DNA from: an uncultured Armatimonadetes bacterium
GTDB lineage: Bacteria; Armatimonadota; UBA5829; DTJY01
Assembly: GCA_963717145.1 (NCBI GenBank)
Contig: OY970325.1
Coordinates: forward strand, 1,856,001 to 1,920,000
Direction of reading: 5' to 3'
Length of the DNA stretch: 64,000 nt
Shown: positions 56,323-64,000 of the stretch, in pieces
Layout of the letters: the number at the start of each line of letters is the position of its first letter
Position numbering within the stretch: position 1 is the stretch's first letter
The notes under the pieces: generated by a model
Told to the model about the DNA's origin: nothing
The model's database searches: none
Seen by the model: only the letters and a program-made list of their open reading frames with translations
Made by a program: the position numbers and the translations under genes

Positions 56323-57033
56323 CTAGAGCCCCTTGATGAGCCTCTGGTACTTCGCGAAGACCTTCTTGTTGTGCTCATCCCCGCCGTCGACGTTCGCCGA
56401 GATGAACACCGGCGGGGTGATGCCCCTGTCCATCAGGTTCTGGACCGTCTGGGCGATGATCATATCCACGATCAACGCCCCCGCGATGGTGGAGGTCGCG
56501 CAGATCCGCCCGGGGAGTCCGTCCACCTCGAGGATCGCGTCCCCGAGAATCCCGCAGTTGTCGATCACGACGTCCGCGATCTCGAAGACCCGCTTGCCCG
56601 ACGGATGCCGACTCTCCGCGGCCGATGAATGATCGATCGAGGTCACGGCGATTGTCCTAACGCCCCGCTCGCGACACTCCAGCGCCGTCTCGATCCCGAG
56701 CGCGTTCCGGCCGGAGTTGGTAATGATTATTACGACGCTGCCCGGCGCGGGGTTATACCAGTCGAGGAGCTGCTTGGCGTATCCCTGACACCGCTCCGCC
56801 CGACCGAAGGTCCTGTCGTGGATGATATCGACCGGCGCGAGACCGCCCGCGCGGTGATACGCCTCCGCCGCGACCATGAGCGAATGCCCGCCGCCCAGGA
56901 GGTAGAGCATCCCCTCCCGAACCATGAGATCGGTCACGAGGTCGGCGGCCTCCTGGACCTTCCCCATCTGCGTGTCATTGATCTTCGCGAGGATCTCCGT
57001 GATCTTCGAATAGAATTCCCCTGCCTTGTTCAT
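56323..57033 (-). CDS. SIS-domain protein (UPF0309-like)
   Basis: GGGHS...AE...RAGGL, TNSGRN, SRHPSGK, P.F.SANVDGG. Confidence 0.9.
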   Translation of the reverse strand: MNKAGEFYSKITEILAKINDTQMGKVQEAADLVTDLMVREGMLYLLGGGHSLMVAAEAYHRAGGLAPVDIIHDRTFGRAERCQGYAKQLLDWYNPAPGSVVIIITNSGRNALGIETALECRERGVRTIAVTSIDHSSAAESRHPSGKRVFEIADVVIDNCGILGDAILEVDGLPGRICATSTIAGALIVDMIIAQTVQNLMDRGITPPVFISANVDGGDEHNKKVFAKYQRLIKGL

Positions 57034-57096
57034 GCGTTCTCCCCCTTGGTCGCATATTTGATCTCATCCCTGGCTCTTCTCACAAGAGAACCCCCA

Positions 57097-57208
57097 CCGT
57101 CAGTCCTGAGTTCGCCGGTGAATGACGGCGAGTAACGAAGGACGGCTCGTACCGCAAGGCCGTCCTTCGTTACTCGCCGTCATTCACCGGCGAACTCAGG
57201 ACTGACGG
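57097..57208. repeat. Long palindrome, CCGTCAGTCCTGAG family, copy 2
   Basis: Near-identical to 12036-12141 with symmetric changes. Confidence 0.9.
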
Positions 57209-57346
57209 GGTGCTCTCCTGACAGCGTTGTCAGGAGTAGGTTTGACTGCGGCGGGCCTGAATCCTGCAGAGAACACAGATGACACGGAAGCGGAGGGAAA
57301 GGATGCATTGGATCTGGAGTCTGCCAGATGGCGGAGACCCGGAGAC

Positions 57347-57381
57347 AAAAAAAGGGCGGGGCATCGAAACGCCCCGCCCTT
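57347..57381 (-). terminator. Intrinsic terminator
   Basis: AAGGGCGGGGCG/TGCCCCGCCCTT hairpin plus T tract on the minus strand. Confidence 0.8.
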
Positions 57382-57401
57382 CCCATACGTTCAACTTCCG
57401 A

Positions 57402-58058
57402 TCACGCCGCCAGCAGACCGCCGGCCGCGATCATCTGGGGCGAGGACTCCGCGCCGAGTTCCGACGCCTTGTTCCCCTGATACCGCACGATGTACGTGTA
57501 GTCCGCCGCCGGACCGCTGATCTCGTCGATGAACGGCGAGGACTTCTGGAACGCAACGTGACTGAATCCGCTCTCGCCGGTCTTCTGCCGATAGATGGCG
57601 CAACCGGTCGCCCAACCAGGCTTCGAGTTGCGCTGCTCGTTGGTCGGATTGCTGCCGAAGTGGACGATGATCGCGCCCGCCCTGCTCTCCAGGAAGATAT
57701 CGGGCACATCCGGTCCGATCGAATTGGTCACCCGCCCGTCGCTCTTCGGGTTGAGCCCGAGCGCGCCCCTGAGCTGGTTTGTCATGCCGGGATGATTGTC
57801 GATGCGGCGCACGAGAGCGCGAAGGGTCGTGACCATCTCCGCGCGCGCGGTGTTCTTGTACTCGGTCGCGGCACGTGCGAGCGCCCGCTTCTGGATATGA
57901 TCGGTGACCCCACTGTCGAACTCGGTCTTATCTTCATCGAGCGCGATGAGATCGCCGGCCACGAGGCCGAACGTGGCCAGTTGGGCCTGGAGAATGGTGA
58001 CGAAATTCGTCATCCATTCCTTCAGAACTGCGTCATTTTTCGGTAAATAGTCGGGCAT
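57402..58058 (-). CDS. Hypothetical protein: N-terminal helical bundle plus FN3-like C-terminal domain
   Basis: AAAGGAGG RBS, own terminator; MPDYLPKNDA..W..NF; KP..A.G..IY, YTYIVRY. Confidence 0.8.
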   Translation of the reverse strand: MPDYLPKNDAVLKEWMTNFVTILQAQLATFGLVAGDLIALDEDKTEFDSGVTDHIQKRALARAATEYKNTARAEMVTTLRALVRRIDNHPGMTNQLRGALGLNPKSDGRVTNSIGPDVPDIFLESRAGAIIVHFGSNPTNEQRNSKPGWATGCAIYRQKTGESGFSHVAFQKSSPFIDEISGPAADYTYIVRYQGNKASELGAESSPQMIAAGGLLAA

Positions 58059-58164
58059 ATAGCCCTCCTTTCCCCCATCAGGGGTACACCCCGGCCGTCT
58101 CGTGGACCGGATCGTCCGTCAAGCCCTCCGATCGAACCGCGAGCCTTCGCCGATGATTCGGAAT

Positions 58165-58332
58165 GCTTAGCGTTCGAAAAGAAATGCCTGGCATTCGAGA
58201 TGATAAGCTTTCCTTTTCGAATTAACCATGGTTATTCCGAGAAGAGATGCTTTCCTTTTCGAATTAACCATGGTTATTCCGATCCGTCAGGCATTCCTTT
58301 TCGAATGAAATGCCTGTGATCCGATCCGCGAT
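58165..58332. repeat. 21-nt-period degenerate tandem array (8 units)
   Basis: Each unit has a T(T/C)CGA core; exact 34-nt duplication at 58207 and 58249. Confidence 0.85.
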
Positions 58333-58582
58333 ATGGTTGTCCTGGGTGCGCATGCCGGCATAATTACCGGCTGGGTGTTACATCCCATATTGTGGCACTC
58401 TCTTGGGGTTTCTTTAGGGTACAAGGCGGAGAATGCTTGAGGACTTGCAGTTGCGGAGATAAGAATGCGGAATCCTCTGCACCTGAACAGGTGATCGGAT
58501 CGTGCCTGTCTCGTCATGACATACCGGCTGATCGACGAACCGGACCCGGCCTTCATTGCCTCTACCAGTCGACCATTCTGAC

Positions 58583-59476
58583 CTAACCCATGGGCGAACG
58601 GATCCCCTGCCAGACTTGCGTGAACGGCTCACCGGCGTCCACCCGTTTTAGCATCTGAAAGATATCTCTCTCATCCTTCACGTAGCCAAGGAAGGATTCG
58701 TTCTTGTGCGAGGCGAAGTGCTGTTCCATTAGGTCTATGCACTGGTCACATAGCCCTATAGCCTCAGGATCATGAGGGTGCCCATGATCATCGAGAAACA
58801 ACTCTCGACCGGCTTTTAGGTACAGAAGCAGGACAAACTGGAGCATGTTGACAGCCATACCGAATCTGTTCTCGTCAAATCCCAGAGTCAATCCTAGTGG
58901 CTCCTTCTGCCCGTTATTCGCTATGCCGACCATTTCCTCGAGAAAGGAGACCTGGTTTGCGTGAGCCATGAACGACATCACCGCATAGTGTGGCCAGTCC
59001 AGACCCAAGGTCTGCCTCACAAGGTTGCCCAACTGGAACTGCGTAGTGCACTCTCTGCCGCGTCCAAAGCTCCAATGCGGGTCCGCAGGGTGGAGAGTGA
59101 GGAAGACGATCCTCCAGAAACCCTCGTAACTTACCCTGGTCAGGGCCAGGCTATCCTCATAGAAGCCCTTCATAATCCGATCGAAAGAGGAGTAGATCGG
59201 CTTCAGATTGTTAGCCAACAAGACACACTGGAGACTCCGATGAGGAGGCCACGCATCCTTGTTGGCAAAGTTGATCTCATCCACGACTCGCACCAGCAGA
59301 TCAAAGCAGGCCTCAACCTGCATGACGAAGGGATGATAGTTGCCAATCACATACTCAGCATGCTCAAGACCGGCTCTCTGTATGCCTGAGACGATTTCAC
59401 TAGGTATGACCGCCCCGCATACCTCGTCCAGCCTCCGTCTCAATTCTAACATGTCGATCGGATTCCTTGCGTCCAT
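58583..59476 (-). CDS. Hypothetical helical protein, lower GC
   Basis: 297-aa ORF; G.Y..S..L.R..YE and Y..MS..AH patterns. Confidence 0.7.
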   Translation of the reverse strand: MDARNPIDMLELRRRLDEVCGAVIPSEIVSGIQRAGLEHAEYVIGNYHPFVMQVEACFDLLVRVVDEINFANKDAWPPHRSLQCVLLANNLKPIYSSFDRIMKGFYEDSLALTRVSYEGFWRIVFLTLHPADPHWSFGRGRECTTQFQLGNLVRQTLGLDWPHYAVMSFMAHANQVSFLEEMVGIANNGQKEPLGLTLGFDENRFGMAVNMLQFVLLLYLKAGRELFLDDHGHPHDPEAIGLCDQCIDLMEQHFASHKNESFLGYVKDERDIFQMLKRVDAGEPFTQVWQGIRSPMG

Positions 59477-59575
59477 TGCGCTATTCTCCGTGATTCCCTC
59501 CTCGGGATGGCAGCCGTCATGAGGAGATGCTTCTGGGCTTTCTCTTTGGGGTGGAGAGCTCCGCAGGCAGGCAAT

Positions 59576-60496
59576 TCATGGCCGGCTCTGTCGCTCCCAT
59601 ACGTCTTCAGAATCAGGTGAGGAGAGACTACTGCAGTCCTTGTTGAACCTGAGTCTCCAAATCGACCTTCTGTCAAGTAGGTCTATGCGTATGAAGATCC
59701 CATCTGCGAACCCTCCCTGGGCCCATGTGCCCACCGTGTCCTTGCCATCGGCTGAGAACAATATCACCCTTTGCGCGTCTTCGAACGCCACGGATTCGCC
59801 TGTCTGTCGGTTTGTCCAGTAAGTTCCGGGGAGCCATACGGCCAATTCCATCGGTTGGACAGACTCGGGTTCTAGGCCCAAACGAGGCGGGAGTATCTTC
59901 TGCTTTGAGATCACAGTGCCTCTGAGATCTCGCAACTCCTCAAGGACCCGCCCGAGAATCCCTGCTTCCATGTCCCCACCCCTGATAGCCTCGATGGCCC
60001 CCAGTTCGAGTTGCAGTTTGCGGACCAGGGAGTAGCGCTTCTTGTCATCCTTGACGGTCGACTTGAGAGCAGCCTCGAGCGTGCCAATCATGACCTTCAA
60101 CTCAGTCGGCTGGAGCATGTGTGAGTAGATACAAGTAGAGCACTGGTTGAGATCGAAATTGAATTCCGTCACATCATCCTTTATCAGGACGTACTTCTTG
60201 TCGGCGCGGAGTGCCCATCCCAGTTCCAGGTAGACGTTCGGGTTGCTCGCGGAGAGGTCGCAGAGGATGACGTCGGCCTCTTCCAGCTTGCGGCAGATGT
60301 TCTCCGTGATCAGGCGGCTGCCGGAATCCTCGTCATCGCGCTCGCAGATCAGACCCGCCTTCTCGACCGCGGGCATGATGAGGCCCTGGTACACTTCATC
60401 CCAATGCCTGGAGTCCTTATGGTAACGCGCCAGATCCTCTTCCCTCACGGTGAAGGGCATTATGACAAAACACTTCTGCTTCTTGTCGTCAGCCAT
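59576..60496 (-). CDS. Nucleoside 2-deoxyribosyltransferase-like (TIR-like fold) protein
   Basis: CFVIMPF, R.D, AD.ILCDLS..NPNVYLELGWA. Confidence 0.75.
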   Translation of the reverse strand: MADDKKQKCFVIMPFTVREEDLARYHKDSRHWDEVYQGLIMPAVEKAGLICERDDEDSGSRLITENICRKLEEADVILCDLSASNPNVYLELGWALRADKKYVLIKDDVTEFNFDLNQCSTCIYSHMLQPTELKVMIGTLEAALKSTVKDDKKRYSLVRKLQLELGAIEAIRGGDMEAGILGRVLEELRDLRGTVISKQKILPPRLGLEPESVQPMELAVWLPGTYWTNRQTGESVAFEDAQRVILFSADGKDTVGTWAQGGFADGIFIRIDLLDRRSIWRLRFNKDCSSLSSPDSEDVWERQSRP

Positions 60497-60660
60497 GTGA
60501 GCCTCCGCGCGCAGGATCGCCGATGCCGTCGGCATGTCGGTTCATGTTCGGTATATGGGCATCTTTGCGCTATTACATAGATTACGCCTGCGGAGAGGCG
60601 CTGTCAAGTGCCGTATGGGAGCATTAGGGGATAACAAGGTGTCGTCGCGCCCTCATTCGA

Positions 60661-61915
60661 CTACTCGGCGGTGCGTTCGAGGATGATGACGGCTATGTCG
60701 TCGGGGGCGTGGTCGCGGGACCAGCGGCTCGATTCGGAGAGGAGTGCGTGGAGGAGTTCGTCCGGCGGGAGATGACCGTGGTCGCGGAGGGCGCGTTCGA
60801 CTCCGTCCGTGCCGAAGAGGACGCCGTCGTGCCGCGCCTCGGAGATCCCGTCGGTGTAGAAGACGATCTTGTCGCCGGGATTGATGAAGGCGCAGCCCTC
60901 ATTGTACTCAACGGTCGGCATGATGCCGACAGGTAGCTCGCCACCCCCCATCGGCTCAGTCTCATGGGTGTCTCCGCGCCACACAACCGGAGTCGGATGC
61001 CCGCCGGACGCGTACTCCATGTAGCCGGTCGCCGGATCGAGGATCGCGAGGAAGACTGTGACGAATAGACCGGATAGCGGATCGGGCGAAAAGAGCATCG
61101 AATTGGCGAGGCCGAGGGACCTGGATGCACGGGAGCTTTCGTAGGCATAGGCGCGGACGGTGCTCCGCGTGCTGACCGCGAGCGAAGCGCTGGGGATGCC
61201 TTTCCCGGTTACGTCGCCGATGAGCAGACCGATCCGGCCGTCCCTGGTATCGAACACATCGAAGAAGTCGCCGCCGATCTCCACGCCCTCACCGCCGGGG
61301 ATGAAGGTCGTGGCGATACGATATCCCGGCACGGACACCGGCTTCCTTGGCAGAAGCGCCTGTTGGAGGAGATGGACATGCTCAGTCAGTCTCGATGCGA
61401 GACCTTCGATCTTCGCCCTCGCGGCGGCCTCTTCTTCATAGGCCCGAACGTTTTGGACAAACGAGCCGATCATCAACGCGGCGGTCGAAATGGCTCCCAC
61501 ATCGTCCGCGGAGAAAGCGTGCTCCCATGAGCTGGTTACATTCAGGACGCCGATCGTTTGGCCGGCTCCGATAACCGGGATGGTGATGCAGCTTTCGGTA
61601 TCCTGAATCCTCACCTTTGCCACCGGCTCGACCGCTGGGAAAGTGAGAGGCGGAGAGACGAGCATGGAATACGCGCGGTAGAGCGGCTCTTTGATGGAGT
61701 CGGGGATGGGACCGCTCTCGCAGGAGATCACCTCCCACTCGCGCATCTGCAGACCGATGGCAGCGGTGCTCGAGGGGAACTGACTGCCGATGAGACGGAG
61801 GGCATTCAGTACCCTCGCGCGCCAGTCATGAATGCCGGCAAGCCCGTTCGGCGATGTCGGCGAGCATTCCCGTGAGGGAAGTCGGCGGTCTAAGTTGGGA
61901 TCGCGCCGGTTGCAT
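60661..61915 (-). CDS. GAF plus PP2C/SpoIIE phosphatase, apparent frameshift near 61844
   Basis: IGGDFFD, GDVTGKG, GGHP, YTDGISEAR, DDIA; the N-terminal part lies in another frame. Confidence 0.85.
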
Positions 61916-62083
61916 GATGGTTACTCACTGAATGGTAACTCACGCCCCAGGGATACTTACACAGAGGGCATGGGCACTTCCACACTCTTGTATACCGATA
62001 CTCCTGCCGCGCGAAACATCCCCATGACACCTGCATCAGCGTTCAGGGGTATGCGCAACAGCCACGGGCCTCCCTCAATCTCG

Positions 62084-62509
62084 CTAGGAAACCTCAGAGG
62101 TGCAACTCGCGCACTTCGTCGCCTTCTCAGGGATCGAGGAAAGGCAATACGGGCACTCCTTGACCGCTGCGACGGGAACAGGCGGCTTCATCTTGTTCAC
62201 TTGCCTGATCACGAGGAAGATCGCAAACGCCACGATGATGAAGTCGATCATCGAGTTGATAAACACCCCGTAGGCGATGACCGGCGCACCGGTGGCCTGG
62301 GCATCCGCGAGAGTGGCGTAGCCCTCCCCGGAGAGATCGAGGAACATGCCGCTGAAATCGACCTTGCCAAGCAGCAGTCCGATGGGCGGCATAAGGACAT
62401 TGGCCACAAACGTCGTGACGATCTTGCCGAACGCAGCGCCGATGATGATGCCTACCGCGAGATCGATGACGTTTCCTCGCGCGATGAACTCCTTGAACTC
62501 CTTGAACAT
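62084..62509 (-). CDS. mscL: Large-conductance mechanosensitive channel
   Basis: [32 protein letters not shown]-terminal CPYC..CASC. Confidence 0.95.
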   Translation of the reverse strand: MFKEFKEFIARGNVIDLAVGIIIGAAFGKIVTTFVANVLMPPIGLLLGKVDFSGMFLDLSGEGYATLADAQATGAPVIAYGVFINSMIDFIIVAFAIFLVIRQVNKMKPPVPVAAVKECPYCLSSIPEKATKCASCTSEVS

Positions 62510-62604
62510 TCCGATCGCCTCCTGTCTCGATGGTTGCTTTCTGATCCTGCTGGGAGTTGTGCGCAGGTTACATACCCACATTCTCGGACGATTACCCCAT
62601 GGCA

Positions 62605-62690
62605 GGGATGGAGGTGGATGCTGAATCAAGTTCAGCATGACGCTACCCGATACGTCATGCTGAACTTGATTCAGCATCCACCTCCATCCC
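62605..62690. repeat. Palindrome of the GTCATGCTGAACTTGATTCAGCATC family
   Basis: 38-nt perfect arms with a 10-nt loop. Confidence 0.9.
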
Positions 62691-62696
62691 CGCCAT

Positions 62697-63869
62697 CTAG
62701 ACGACTGACGGGCTCTTCGGCAGGGAGATGGTGAACTGCGTGCCGTCGGGTTCGGCGCTGATGAATGAGACTTGGCCCTGCAGGTATCGCTCCCCGATCA
62801 GCTTGACACTGTACGTGCCGATTCCACGGCCGATGCCTTCCTTCGTGCTGAAGGACCGCTGGTAGATCTGCTCCTGCACATCCTCGGGCATTACGCCGGG
62901 ATTCCCGACAACGAAGTCCACGTTCTCGCCGCAGTCATATGCAGCAAGGGATACCGTCCCGCCCGATGGAGTCGCTTCGAGCGCATTCTTGACCAGGTTG
63001 GAGAGGACTCGTTGCAGGAGGAGCGCATCCGTGATGATCTCGATGTCGGGCGCGTTGAGAACGGCGATCTTCTTGTTCACGGAGAGGTCACAGTAGCGAT
63101 AGATGGTCTCGATCGCCTCCACTATGTCCGCGACCCGGACCCTGTCGAACTGAGGACGTAGATCGCCGCGCTCGGCGAGAAGCAGTTGGCGATGGCCCGC
63201 GAGTTCGTCGGATATCTGAACGGCGGCTCTGTAGAGGAATTCGCGCAATTCCTTATCGGTCTCAGCCCCCGAACTCCGATTCCGAAGCGATTCGGCGATC
63301 GATCGCAGCCCGAAGACCGAGTTCGTGAGGTCATGGAAGAAGACGCGTTCGAGGACGGCTCGCCTTCGATCCGCGCTGATGTCGCGCATATGCAGGACGG
63401 CGTAATCATGATCGCCCGCACTCACGGGTGTGACTTGTACAAACACATCGAGGGCGCCGCCGTCCTTGTCGCTGTTGGTGCTGATCCGACACTCCTGACC
63501 GGCGATCTTCCCTCGAACGAGGCAGTCGACGATCGCCTGGCCCGCGCCGCAGTATCGGCACGCTTTGCTCGTGCCGCAACCGGCGGGCATCTCGTCGGCA
63601 TGGATGCAGCTCAGGAGTTCGCCGGGTCGCATCCCGATCATCTCCTCGATGCTCTTCATCCCAAGCATGCTGAGCAGAGTCGAGTTGGCGATGATGATCT
63701 GGCGGGTCTCGTAGAGGACCATCGCGGGCTCGGGAACTGCATCGAGTAGACGGACGGCGACGTGGCTGGCGATGAAGGTCTTCCTCACTGCCCAGAGGAC
63801 CTCGCTATCGGCCCTTTCGGGACTGGCGAAGTAGGTGTCACGCGACTCCTCATTCGTCTCATCTTGCAT
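62697..63869 (-). CDS. PAS-containing sensor histidine kinase
   Basis: [19 protein letters not shown]...GRGIG.Y; Cys-rich PAS segment. Confidence 0.9.
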   Translation of the reverse strand: MQDETNEESRDTYFASPERADSEVLWAVRKTFIASHVAVRLLDAVPEPAMVLYETRQIIIANSTLLSMLGMKSIEEMIGMRPGELLSCIHADEMPAGCGTSKACRYCGAGQAIVDCLVRGKIAGQECRISTNSDKDGGALDVFVQVTPVSAGDHDYAVLHMRDISADRRRAVLERVFFHDLTNSVFGLRSIAESLRNRSSGAETDKELREFLYRAAVQISDELAGHRQLLLAERGDLRPQFDRVRVADIVEAIETIYRYCDLSVNKKIAVLNAPDIEIITDALLLQRVLSNLVKNALEATPSGGTVSLAAYDCGENVDFVVGNPGVMPEDVQEQIYQRSFSTKEGIGRGIGTYSVKLIGERYLQGQVSFISAEPDGTQFTISLPKSPSVV

Positions 63870-64000
63870 GCTGAATCCCCCCAATCTGCGCTGAGATGGC
63901 GGTACACTTCGTACATTATACACCGCTTCGGCCACATCCGCTATGATATTCTGGTTTGGGTTCAGCACAGGGTCTGGAGGGCCGGCTCTGAGCTGCAGGG

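Noticed and set aside
58165-58332. CRISPR array
   Set aside because: Contiguous 21-nt units with no unique spacers and no cas genes in the window

Overview
A 64 kb, GC-rich bacterial chromosomal segment with about 52 genes. Protein families suggest Armatimonadota, which is an inference. It mixes housekeeping genes (thyA-like, panB, mtlD, mutS2, nudF, acsE-like, lpdA, selB, folK, mscL, tRNA-Leu-UAA) with many secreted glycoside-hydrolase-like proteins, a nurA-HAS barrel-herA-lptD operon, two tandem PilC/GspF genes and a c-di-AMP riboswitch before an NlpC/P60 hydrolase. No CRISPR array, rRNA, transposase or integrase was seen. Four things stand out: (1) about 25 short palindromic or tandem repeats of at least 8 families, many abutting or supplying stop codons, with two translated in frame inside nurA and a GxGYxYP gene; (2) a 21-nt-periodic array upstream of an orphan helical/FN3-like gene at the edge of a small atypical island; (3) a TIR gene next to a degenerate DprA/SLOG gene; (4) five single-base frameshifts that are most likely assembly errors. 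All product calls come from motifs recognised by eye, with no database search.
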